DNA of 38,560 nt from Octopus bimaculoides (taxonomy: Eukaryota), in the NCBI RefSeq assembly GCF_001194135.2, contig NC_068990.1:6602117-6640676 (forward strand), read 5' to 3'. The notes below the pieces were generated by a model. It ran no database searches, had not been told where the DNA came from, and worked only from the letters and a program-made list of their open reading frames with translations. Each line of letters starts with the position of its first letter. Position 1 is the first letter of the stretch. This document shows, piece after piece, positions 11,815-23,325 of this stretch. Both the position numbers and the translations under genes were made by a program.

Positions 11815-12750
11815 CAAGATGCAGCAAAATGATCTCACATATCTGTAGGTCTGATAAATGTAAAATAGAATAAAGAACGGAAAATGTGTTTCATTTTCGA
11901 AAGGTATATATACCATTTTGTTTCATTTGGTTTTAAAAATTAAACCAGTCAGGTGGGTGCCGTTACTGTCCACACACTGTCAAAGGCGTTCACGTATGTC
12001 GTCCATAACTCGAAGGGCTATTTCATGTGGAATGGCACGCATTTCTTGACGAATGACATCTTTTAATTGTTCAATAGATCGAGGGCGATGAGTGAATACA
12101 TCTGACTTTAGGTATCACCACAGAAAAAAAATCATACGGGTTCAAATCATGTGGTCGGGCAAGCTAACCGATATCACCACGCAATGAGATCGAATGACCG
12201 GGGAACATCTCCCTCAAAATCCCCATCGCACGCCGAAAAGTGTGGGCTGTTGTCCCATCTTGTTGAAACCAAACATTGTCCTTAACGTCAAGTTCATTCA
12301 ATATCGTTAAGTTCACACAATATCGATCACAGTCACTGTAGCGTTGTCTTCTTCGAAGAAGTACGGACCCCAAATGTCGAATTCTACTGCTGCAGAATTT
12401 CGAGTAGGTACGAGATCATGTCTACCAAGCTTGAAGTGCACACGGAAAGCTCTTCGTGTGGCAGTTGCGGATTCGTTGTTCTTGATAAGCGTTTCCACAA
12501 TGAAAGTGCAATGCTCGCCTGTCCAATTTATGTTGGCAATTGAAAACGAATTGATTGAAACAAAGTCACATATTGCACCAATTGAAACAAAATGGCATTA
12601 CATGTTGTTCTATTTCGGTATGGTCATTTTATTCATTTTTTTTTTGCCAAATATATATGTATATTTCGAAAATAGAAACAGTTTTCGTTCTTTACTTTAT
12701 TTCACTTTTATTAAATCTACAAATGTGTCAGATAATTTTGCTGCACCCTG
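11815..12750 (-). mobile_element. Tc1/mariner rosa (DD41D) transposon, internally deleted, ~95-bp TIRs, TA target duplication
   Basis: TIRs caagatgcagcaaaatgatc... and cagggtgcagcaaaattatc..., flanked by TA (11813-14, 12751-52). Transposase pieces are NNESATATRRAFRVHF (HTH), GPYFFE and WFQQDG..(41 aa)..*LARPHDLNPYDFFLW*YLK. D-to-D spacing counts to exactly 41. Confidence 0.9.
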
Positions 12751-13547
12751 TATAATATGCATATATACATACAGAGAGAAAGGAGAGGGAGAAAGAGAGA
12801 GAGAGAAGAGAAAATGTAGGAAGGAGTGAGAAAACGATGAGATATCTACCCACACATACAAATAACACATACACATTTATATATTTGTGAGCCTTCTCAA
12901 CAACTTTTAAATATATTGATATATTTTTTTATAATATTGTACTATATAGAATTCACTTATTCTTCTCTGTGTGGCAAATATGTAAAATCATCACATTTTT
13001 TGCTGATATTTACTGATATCTCATACAATGTATCAGTTTCTTGTTGTAAAGCAGGCTATTGTGATAAAATAACTGTATATATACTAGGGCTTTCTAGCGG
13101 AAAAAGTTTCCAAATTCTAAAATTTGTGCAAAATTGAATATATATGCGACATTATCTATATATTGATTGCTTTGGTGTGGTGTTGACTGTGATAGAAAGC
13201 TGGCTCCTATAGAATGCATTTCTCTATTCACATAATATAATTTTTGTAACAGACAATGATAGTCCTCAAGTATATACATGAATATGTAGATAAGTTTCTA
13301 TTCAGTTAACTTATTACTTTATAAGTCCTTTATTATTAGTTGGGAAGAAAAACCCTGCTCAATTCTATTAGTCCATTAACACTTCAAAGCCTGCACAATT
13401 TCATCCAAAGATACTTTGTAGTAGATCACGAAGTATCTTTGGAAAAATACTGTTGTAACTGATAAAATCATCAACGCCTGACTTAAAATAATATGATACA
13501 ACGATTAGGACCTGATTGATTTCAGGATTTATTTTACTTGTGATATA

Positions 13548-13582
<35 letters not shown>

Positions 13583-14110
13583 NNNNNNNNNNNNNNNNNN
13601 NNNNNNNNNNNNNNNNNNNNNNNNNNNNNNNNNNNNNNNNNNNNNNNNNNNNNNNNNNNNNNNNNNNNNNNNNNNNNNNNNNNNNNNNNNNNNNNNNNNN
13701 NNNNNNNNNNNNNNNNNNNNNNNNNNNNNNNNNNNNNNNNNNNNNNNNNNNNNNNNNNNNNNNNNNNNNNNNNNNNNNNNNNNNNNNNNNNNNNNNNNNN
13801 NNNNNNNNNNNNNNNNNNNNNNNNNNNNNNNNNNNNNNNNNNNNNNNNNNNNNNNNNNNNNNNNNNNNNNNNNNNNNNNNNNNNNNNNNNNNNNNNNNNN
13901 NNNNNNNNNNNNNNNNNNNNNNNNNNNNNNNNNNNNNNNNNNNNNNNNNNNNNNNNNNNNNNNNNNNNNNNNNNNNNNNNNNNNNNNNNNNNNNNNNNNN
14001 NNNNNNNNNNNNNNNNNNNNNNNNNNNNNNNNNNNNNNNNNNNNNNNNNNNNNNNNNNNNNNNNNNNNNNNNNNNNNNNNNNNNNNNNNNNNNNNNNNNN
14101 NNNNNNNNNN

Positions 14111-14303
14111 CTGTGTTTGTGCCCTCACCATTGCTTGACATCCATTGCTAGTGTGTTTACGCCCCCGTAACTTAGCCGTTCGGCAAAAGAGACCGATAGA
14201 ATAAGTACTAGGCTTACAAAGAATAAGTCCTGAGGTCGATTTGCTCAGCGAAAGGCGGTGCTCCAGCATGGCCGCAGTCAACTGACTGAAACAAGTAAAA
14301 GAA
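14111..14303 (+). mobile_element. 3' half of the same SINE family (head lost or inside the gap)
   Basis: Matches the reverse complement of 33549-33735 (gagaccgatagaataagtactaggctt...ggcggtgctccagcatggccgcagtca..tgactgaaacaagtaaaaga). Confidence 0.85.
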
Positions 14304-14520
14304 TATATATGTGTGTGTGTATTGATTTTTAGTAAAGCTTCTAAAGGTATTGTTGCAATTTATGTTAATTCATACTGTTGTCAATTTGTGTTTTTCCTTC
14401 TAATTTTAATTCGTGTACTGCTTTATAAGAATTGTCACAGCTCCTTTTGTAACATGTGTGTCTGAAGTACAAGCAATGTAATATCATGTGTATGTATCTA
14501 TACATGTACATATGTATATA

Positions 14521-14750
14521 TTATTATTGTTTGGGATTTGCTCAGGTTCGGTTGTATTCCTGGTGGGAATAATGTGGATAGCGGGTTATTACCAGTAACC
14601 TCAGGTATCTACAAGTTTTCAGAACCCTTCTGATAATCTTTGCTGTTCCTAAGAGACGAACATTCTGAAGGAGCTTTACTGGGAATTCTATTTCAATCTT
14701 CCTCAGCCATTTGTCTATATCTTTGTTAACTGTTCCCAACGCACCAATTA
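14521..14750 (-). mobile_element. R4-clade (Dong/Rex6-like) non-LTR retrotransposon 3' end
   Basis: VIGALGTVNK..LQNVRLLGTAKIIRRVL matches the Rex6-type C-terminus (VVIGALG..QK..LGTAKILRR), followed by a short (AAT)n tail. Confidence 0.8.
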
Positions 14751-15335
14751 CACTGATTTACAAATCTTGTTTTTGCTGTGAAGCAAGGAATTGAACCGGT
14801 GTGTTTTACTAATTTTGATGTGGTGAATTCAATTTTCTGAACTGTTTTGCTCTATCACATCTTTTTCTTGTTTGCTTTCACATATCCCATTTTAATTATA
14901 CTGCATATAAATTCAAAATATGTGTTTATTCCATCTGTTACAAAGGCATATTAGAGAAAAAAGAAACAACATACATACAGAACCTTGATGGAACTAAATT
15001 ACTTGGATAATAAAATACTCACAAACCATAATACATCGGACAGTTAGGAGTGAGTTTTTTGGACGATCTTGTGTACTTTGCCTCCAGGATGTCACACAAG
15101 AGCATCTAGCAAAAGTACCCCCATCATGCTCGGATTCCACTTGCCTTGGTAGTTGCTCTCCATCTTAATAATATCTTAGTGGAGCCTTTCTCTATGCTCA
15201 TCACTCACTGCTCCGAGCTTCGGAGGGCAGAAGTTGAGGTGGGAATGGAGAAAGGGAATTTTGAGTGACACTCGGCATCCTGTATCCTCATAAGACTGTA
15301 ACAACTTCTCGATCTTTGTTGTGTGAGTAGTTACT
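14751..15335 (-). mobile_element. Chapaev3 (CMC superfamily) DNA transposon, 3' part
   Basis: [60 protein letters not shown] matches the HSHLD..NLG.VSDE.GERFHQD..RYQG motif. The terminus is CACTG at 14751, preceded by TTA. Confidence 0.75.
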
Positions 15336-15560
15336 GATCTCAACTCTTTCACAATTCACGGTATTATATTCTTGTGAACAATTGTCCGTCTCTTCCACTA
15401 TACCACTTTCATTTCTCGCCAGCCTAACCTCACCCGACATCCTTCTTTTAATAGCTTCTAGCTCCAATTCTGTTAACTGACCATTCTTTCGTATTGCTCT
15501 TGCTTGGTCACATAATCTCTGTTCAGTTATTTTGAACAGTTCAATTGTCTTCCATTCACT
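15336..15560 (-). mobile_element. R4-clade retrotransposon N-terminal fragment
   Basis: [39 protein letters not shown], the EQRL.DQ.R.I N-terminal motif of R4-like ORFs. Confidence 0.7.
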
Positions 15561-15929
15561 GTGAATTCACTTTCTGTACCCTCTGACAGGCACGCCATTT
15601 ATATACAGATATACACTTATGTACAGACACATACACATGTACAAACATACGCACTCGTGCACACATACTCTTACACATACACGCCCGTATATATATGTAT
15701 ACTTCACGCGCACACACACACACACACGCACACATAGTCATATTCACACACACATGCAAAATTTGTCGGAGAGTCTTTTACTGGAAACAATCTAACCGAG
15801 TAGTATGTATTTTAATATAATGCTCATATTTCAGACATCCAATAAAACAGGCATACAAAATATATATTTGAAAATAGATATATTAATGTCATTTTGTTCA
15901 TATTGTGGAAGATGGTAATTTGCGGATAT

Positions 15930-16500
15930 ATCTGTGATTTAAGATTCTGCCAAGTTATTTAAAGAGCGATATGACTTCCAAAATTGTATCATGCGCTATT
16001 ATTTTAGGATTCACACAGATTTTCTCAGCAGAGTTGATAGAGAGTAACAATTTTATCAAAATGTTTTGTGAGGCTCAATAAGTTAGATACCAATTAATTT
16101 TTTTCGCAAGAATTTGAAAATCGTTTTCTGTGTGTGCGTCAATAGTATAGTTGTCAGCATACAAGAGATCTCTTTTCAGATGTAGAAGAATGTGATCTGA
16201 GATTAGGCGTTTGGTGTTGAACAACAAATACAGTCAGACCACTCTTTAAAAGTGATAAGAAAATATATGGCAGATAGTCTAAGAATAGTTATATCAGCCT
16301 GTTTTACACTACTGTTGATTGAAAATGGATCTGAGCATTCTCCACCCATGTGTTCTCATATCATCGTGAAAGGACTTTATAACATTTGTAAATTTATCAG
16401 GGCAGCCAACTTACCGTTAATTGTCCATTATACATCACGGTTCAATGTCAAGTCTCTTGGAGATGAAGAACAGAAAATATTATGTTATTAGTTCCTTGTT
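15930..16500 (-). mobile_element. RTE (BovB-like) LINE RT core remnant
   Basis: PDKFTNVIKSFHDDM, GECSDPFSINSSVKQ (GVKQG), RDLLYADN (YADD) and LEVISLFK*LG (F.YLG). Confidence 0.8.
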
Positions 16501-16509
16501 CAATATGAA

Positions 16510-16844
16510 AACCTGACTGGCCCAACGCTCGAAAGATGCTTTTACGTGCCACTGGCACGGGTGCCAGTTACGTGACTCCAGCATCGGCCACGACTACGAT
16601 TTCACTTTGCTTGACGGGTGTTCTCAAGCACAACATATCGCCAAAGGTCTCAGTCACTATTCGTCGCCTCTGTGAGGCCCAAAGTTCGAAGACCATGCTT
16701 CATCATCTCGTCCCATGTGTGCCTGGGTCTACCTCTACCACACGTTTCTTCCACAGAGATCGGTACTTCATTAAACAGCTGTCTTCGTCCATACGTATTA
16801 TATGACCATACCAGCGCAGTCGTCTCTCTTGCATAGTACATCTG

Positions 16845-16848
<4 letters not shown>
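16510..16848 (-). mobile_element. 5'-truncated RTE LINE 3' end plus 3' UTR (different subfamily)
   Basis: QERRLRWYGH and VEETCGRGRPRHTWDEMMKHGLRTLGLTE. Confidence 0.85.
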
Positions 16849-16877
<29 letters not shown>

Positions 16878-16980
16878 TGTATGTATGTATGTGTGTATGT
16901 GTGTATGTATGTATGTATGTATGTGTGTATGTGTGTATGTATATATATGTGTGAGTATATAAGTATGTATGTGTGTACAT
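16848..16980. repeat. (TATG)n microsatellite
   Basis: Visible tract. Similar tracts lie at 32010-32045 and 32443-32500. Confidence 0.95.
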
Positions 16981-17234
16981 ATATTTTATGATTGAAGGGA
17001 AGGAGTAATACATCTGTACTTGGATCCAGATCATATCCTTTTAGCTGAAGAATATAATTTATGTTGAATGTTTACATCTCGAAACTCTATGCCTCGTGGA
17101 AGTAGTCGGATGAGGTAAACTACATTAAACTGTGAGTCTAATTCGATAACAGAAAGTTGTCGAGGTGCATACATCTGGTAAACATTTGTAATCTCCAGTT
17201 TTAAAGGTTGGCGCAGTTCGATCAAGTAAAATAT

Positions 17235-17755
17235 AGGAGACAGAGGAACTTGTATTATTCCAAAGATTAAGCTTAAATTCATTGAAATGATCCTATCTAC
17301 AATAGTTTTACAAATACGACCGAGATCAGATTTAGTGAAGCAAATAAATCTGATTGAATGTTTAATGAGGAAATCAGACTTGTAGTCATTCAGATTGAAG
17401 AGGTTTAGGTGTGTGTGTGGTTCCGTCCTATCCTCTATACCTAATTTCTTATCAAGTTCATAATGTTGATAATTAATTTCCCTTCAAGGGAGCTTTGTCA
17501 ACCTTTTATTACTCTCGTTATGTTTCTTAGTAATTAAGTCTTTGTAAGAGTTTGCGGAAACAATACATATATTACCAGTCTTATCAGAGAAAGCATGAAT
17601 GTTAGCAGTTCGTTTTAATTCTGGAAACAAACCTTGATAGTTCCTTTTGATAGGGGCTCAAATGCCGGTAAAATTTGATTTTCTTAATAATCTTTAGTAG
17701 TTCATGTTCAAAGTTCCCAAGCAAGTAATTATGCGGTGGGTCCTCAAAATTTTAA
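17235..17755 (-). mobile_element. PLE RT N-terminal remnant, paralogous to 269-742
   Basis: FEDPPHNYLLGNFEHELLKIIKKIKF, FSDKTGNI, NDYKSDF..IRFICFTKSDLGRICKTIVDRI and LNLWNNT. Confidence 0.75.
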
Positions 17756-18555
17756 ATTAAGGTATTATTATCGATAGATTTTCTCGACTTATCCGACGTA
17801 CCATACCCGACGTATCAAGTCGTTGTTATTTTGTAATAGCAGCGCCATGAATGTATCTCGAGATGGAATAAGGACTACCCGTTCATGGTGATTGGTGTTT
17901 ATTAATAGTGTTTACGTAAAACAACGCTTGACATATCCGGTGGATGAGAAGACGCTAGTATATATGTATGATAAATGAACACCAGATAAGTTTCGGACTA
18001 GTCCAGATTCTTAAAACACAATTTCCTAGTCAAAGTAAAAAGAGTTTCGCGAAACAAAAGTGGGCTATTCAAAATGTATAACTTGAGCATGCAATGAAAA
18101 GATAAATTAGACATAATATTAAGTCAAATATAAGTATATTTGACAAAAGTACTATCCTTCATATTTCTCTACAACTGTTTGGAAAATTCAGCGGCTAATT
18201 AATGTAATGATTTGTACCATGGAAACAGATGAAATAAAGATATAGACAAAAAGTAGAAATTATTATCAATGCATAAACAGGATACGCTAATGTAGAAGCG
18301 TTGAAACGCAGAATTTTCTCTTCAGGAGGATATATGGTAAAATACAAATTGTATAGAAGTAAAACAAACTTTAAGAACATAGAATTATTAGTAAAAAAAA
18401 AAAACAGAGTAAGAAGGAAATTAATAGTGGTGAGGTGGAAAGAGCAAGTGGAAGGCCGAGAAATCCAGAACGAGAAGTAAAAATGAAAGAGAGAGTAGGA
18501 AAGAGATAGGTATAGAAAAAGAAGAAAAAAGTAGAGAATAAATAAAAGAGCAATA

Positions 18556-19408
18556 TGTTGTCTGATCAATAAGTATCAGGACTGTTGCCATAGTAACGAA
18601 GCTAAAGCACGCAGAGCAAAGCTGCTTGGCACAGATTGATCGTAGACTCTGCTGTGCATGCATACTAAGTTTTAACGTTCCAGCTCACAGAGCTTAGAAG
18701 GAACGTATGTAACGTGTGATCATCGCATTGACCATGACAAAGTTCAGCAGAGAATCTGCATCAAACGTTGCCAAATACTTGGCGATACCTGCTCAGAGAC
18801 CTACGCAAAGTTTTCAGAAAGTTTCTATTGTTCTCGACACAATCAAGGAGATCTTCTGCAACTAAAATCCTAGTGTGTTTTGGTCAGCTGAAAGCAGTTT
18901 TGGCATAAATTTGGCAGATACGCGTCTCATACCCAAATCTTCTGTGACAACGGACTGAAGTGAATCGTAACTCATCTGCACATGCTCTGATGACTCAAGG
19001 ATGATGATTCGACGATTTCTCCTCACAGTTGCATCCACATCTACGACGTTTTTTCTCTGTGCTGCTGGTTGCAAGTTTCCCAGAACGTTCGTCAATATCG
19101 ACATTTTTTCGGCCATCTTGGAAACGTCTCAACCATTCGTACACTTGTGTGCCACTTTCTGCAACTATGCGTAGGCCTCTGAGCAGGTATCACCATGACG
19201 AATTTCTCTTTCATGGTCAATGCGACGATCACACGCCAAGCACGTTCCTTCCAAGCACTGTTGTAGACAATGGAAGTGAGCTAGAACGTTAAAACCTAGT
19301 ATGCATACGCAGCAGAGTTCAAGACCAATCCGTGCCAATCGGCTTCACACTGCGTGCTTTAGCTTCGTTACTATAGCAGCAGTCCGGATAGTTATTGGCT
19401 AGACCTCG
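18556..19408 (-). mobile_element. Non-autonomous fold-back mariner (5' end duplicated at both termini), TA-flanked
   Basis: TIRs gtctgatcaataagtatc / gatagttattggctagacctcg with TA at 18554-55 and 19409-10. The transposase HTH region (VYEWLRRFQDGR, EDLGMRRVSAKFMPKLLSADQ) is followed by an inverted copy of the 5' ~270 bp instead of the catalytic domain. Confidence 0.9.
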
Positions 19409-20119
19409 TATAGTCGGTTTTATACAGACTAATCAACGTATAAATCTACACTTGAGGAAAATAGAGTAGAAAAGGAAGCTAAAATCTCCCAATCATTCAC
19501 TTTTGGCTGATGTTTCCCGCATGCGTAGAATTCTACTGAAATAGTAGACTTAAAAAGTACCAGATCACCACCAGAAAACCCGACATGCTAGAAACAACAG
19601 GTAACCGAAATTTTTTCTGAAGAAACTATCCCGTTTTCTAAAAAGCTAAAAGTGGAACTTTGGGAGTGTGTAGCTTTTTGAAAGTGGTGAGGTGATGGAT
19701 AAAATTCTTAAAAATTCGTACTCTCAGTTTTTTCTCCATGTATTACCAACAATAAAAATTTGAAAAGCGTAAAAAATGAATTCGGTGTGGAGAGGGAGGA
19801 AATAAAAATATTGAGAACGTATTTTGTGGGTGAAATCGTAATCTCCTGTATCGCAAACATAGGAATCGGAAGAAATTTAGGGAAAAAAAATAAGGGGTTG
19901 GGACGGAAATGTCACCTCGGACATGCTAGAAGGAAGAGATAAAAGATAGGATTTGTGGGAAAACTTCCTTTTAAGTTTATATCGAAGATCAAGTTTTTAA
20001 ATACGCTCATCATAAGCACAAATTACACAATAGAAAAAGATCATTTCGGTTGGATTTGAGCTGTAAATTTGCGCGTGCACACTGCAAGAAATAACATAAT
20101 TCGCACAGACGTTTTACCT

Positions 20120-20150
<31 letters not shown>

Positions 20151-20396
20151 CAAAGTTATTTTTATGGCATTCTTTCGTTTGAAGAAGCAAAGTTGTCAAC
20201 TCGACATCTATGGAATCATATGATTGTTCGTTAATTTCTGTAAAATTGTTTTAATTTCTGTATGCTTTGAAGAGAGCAGAAATTGAAAGAGAGGATAAAG
20301 TGAAAAGGTGACGTTTGCTTTGAAGTGAGAGGAGAAAGTAAAAGAGAGAAAATATAAGATGTACGTGTATATGAAATGGACGTGTGTGTGTTAGAA

Positions 20397-20456
<60 letters not shown>

Positions 20457-20807
20457 TGAGCGAGTGAAGGTGTGTTGTGATGTATGAATTTTTTTGCATG
20501 TATGTGTAAGTGGTACTTTCTCTCTCTCTCTCTCACACACATTATCTTTCATACACACGTACATAGGGGAGGTAAAGAATACGCACACCACTCGTTTTCG
20601 GCGTAACCCTAGCCCTAAACATTCTTTACCTTCGCCTTTAAATACATATGCATACATCTTTTTTGCGTGAGAGAGAGAGAGAGTGTGTGTGTGTGTGACT
20701 GTAGTTCCTTATAACATAGAAAATGGATATCTTTTAATGCAATTTTCTTGGTTGTGGCTTATTTTAATACAATGTTTATGTGTACATTTTCATGAATGTT
20801 TATCTGA

Positions 20808-21570
20808 CTAGAATTCTACGCATGCGTGAAACAGCGGACAAAAGTGAAACATTGGAAGCAAATCGAAATATTGTCCGAATATGGCCTGAAAATTGTGCGA
20901 CCAAGCGTAGTTGCTGAAGTTATTTTAGTTGCAAAAAGAGTTGTCGAGTCAAAAACGTAGTTTATTTGGCAGATAGATAATAAGGAGCTTTCTTTGCTAT
21001 TATACAGATGTGATTAATTCGGAGAAACATTACTTTCATTATTCACACATTGTCACTCATGTAATGCATCACTCTGTAATTTTGGTTGAAATTGAAAGTG
21101 TGAAACTATTTTCATTTTCTAATGAAACCTGGTCGTTGTAGAGAAGTGTATTTGAAATAACTATAGCTGGTTATAGAGATACCGTAGAAAATATGTATTT
21201 GACATGTGTAATTGATTTGATTGTTCTGGTTTTAACATCAGTTGGTAAGAATAGAAGTCATTTAACGACACTTTTTTGTTTGTAATTGGCTATNNNNNNN
21301 NNNGAATAGAAGTCATTTAACGACACTTTTTTGTTTGTAATTGGCTATCCTGTTGCAGATTCAATCCGAGGAATATTGAAATGATACCAATCTTGTCCAT
21401 TCTACAGAATAAGAGTATACTGGGGAGCATCATAAGAGGGATGAGTCTGAAACACCTTTAACGTTGTTATCTCGAACATGAATGAGAATATCATGATTTT
21501 GAATGGAATCACTAATCATAAGGATGGCTACTTCATTAGTTGTGGGCGCATTAAAACAGCTTAAAATGTT
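20808..21570 (-). mobile_element. Helitron remnant: Rep fragment and 3' terminus
   Basis: CFNAPTTNEVAILM..HDILIH..HPSYDAPQYTL..GQDWYHFNIP and NKKVSLNDFYSYQLM are Rep motifs. The 3' end is hairpin ttcacgcatgcgtagaa then ttCTAG|T at 20808. Confidence 0.75.
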
Positions 21571-22211
21571 CTTTACTATAGTTTACTATAGACGTGAGGA
21601 ACGCAGAAACACACTCATAAATTGATAATATTGAAAACAGCAAAATGTACACGAAGTTCAAGGGAAACGAAGCGTAGTCAATATAAGTGCAAAAGATACT
21701 TTCTGTAGCATAGTTATGCTATAAAAGAATTGGAAAGTCACCAATTTAGCAAAAATTTCAATGCGTCACCAATGTACCAAAGTACAGAAAGTCAACATTT
21801 ATTTGGAACATGTACTAATTCTTATAAAATTCACGATTGAATATCACGATGAAGAAAGTGAAAGACCAAGAAAATTCAGAAGGCATAATTCAATTTTTCA
21901 TACAAAAATGATTTATTTTACAATTTTGAAACGAGCGCTGAACCAAACGTATAGAAAGGAAGATGTCATTGTTAGTTTAAAACATTTACTGAAGGATGTA
22001 TGTAGCAAGTTATACATTAATTTCGCATTACTGCATATTTTTTAGCTGTGTAACGTTATAGGCTGTAGAATAAATACTGAGTAACGCAGTAAAAAGGTTG
22101 TGCGACGTTGATACTCACAGTGATGAAGAATACAAGGACTGTTAAAAAAACATTATCTTGAAACTGGTTAGAAGGAGTGGAATAACATTTCTGTAATTAT
22201 ATTGAAAGAGC

Positions 22212-22290
22212 CGCTGAGGTTTTCTACCTCGCTGAGGTTTTCTACCTCGCTGAGGTTTTCTACCTCGCTGAGGTTTTCTACCTCGCTGAG
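22212..22290. repeat. 18-bp perfect minisatellite (cgctgaggttttctacct) x4.4
   Basis: Units start at 22212, 22230, 22248 and 22266, with a partial unit at 22284. Confidence 0.95.
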
Positions 22291-23043
22291 TTTCCGAATT
22301 TCTTATAATAACCAGAATAACAATTTTTTCAGATGTATTTGCGAGTATTGTGAGTAGTGTTAAATCAGCCAAATCTTCATGTTGGTCGTACTTCAAAGTG
22401 AACGGTGTTGTTCGTGTAAAGTCCAGGCCAACTAAACTTTCAATATCGGCGCGATTCACTGTTAGGTGGGAGAAAGTTACATACATAAACTAAGACACAC
22501 ACACACACGTACATTAACGCACACCTGAAGCCTATCTCTGTCCCTGTGCGTGTCGGTCGTCACACAAATGTATGTATACTGACAGGCAGATACACCGTCA
22601 CACACATATACTTGTCAGTCATCGGCCTGACGTAGGTAACAAACGTGTGAACACTACTCAAATAGAAAATGTGACGTCATCGTCGTTAATTGGTGATATA
22701 AAAAGTGATTTACGATAGGTGACTAAAAGAAAATGACGATCTAAAATGTTTGTAATGCAAGTATGTGAATGAAAATATAGTTTATTTGGAAGCCAAAAGC
22801 CTACTGAATTTTTTGATACCCCATATGTCAAAATCGGCAACTTCTACACACACAACATGGACTAAAGTCTTCTTAAGAAAATAGTAAATTACTATATTTC
22901 AATGTGGATGAATGATTCATCAATCAGGAAAATCTAAGGGGAGGTAATTGGTAATTGTTATTATAGGGGACAGTGGAGGTAATTGCTCAACTTTCAGAAA
23001 GGGAATAATTTTCTGTTAAAAATGAGTTTAGGTATTTTCATAA

Positions 23044-23132
23044 ATTCCTGCAGTATATATATATATATATNNNNNNNNNNNNNNNNNNNNNNNNNNNNNN
23101 NNNNNNNNNNNNNNTATGCGTATGTGTGTGCT

Positions 23133-23175
<43 letters not shown>

Positions 23176-23215
23176 CTGTGTGTGTGTGTGTGTTTGTCTG
23201 TGTGTGTTTGTCTGT

Positions 23216-23258
<43 letters not shown>

Positions 23259-23325
23259 TGTGTATAATATATATATGTGTGTGTGTGTGTATGTATGTGT
23301 GTGTTTGTGTGTGTATCTATATATA
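23044..23325. repeat. Compound (TA)n/(TG)n microsatellite with short gap
   Basis: Visible tracts. Confidence 0.9.

Noticed and set aside
13094-13540. Minus-strand open frames (LEDYHCLLQKLYY.., EINQVLIVVSYYF..) as receptor pseudogene
   Set aside because: No diagnostic motif and no clear splice sites; open frames of this length are common in AT-rich DNA.
21249-21348. Exact 45-bp direct repeat
   Set aside because: The copies sit on either side of a 10-N gap, the typical unmerged contig overlap artefact.
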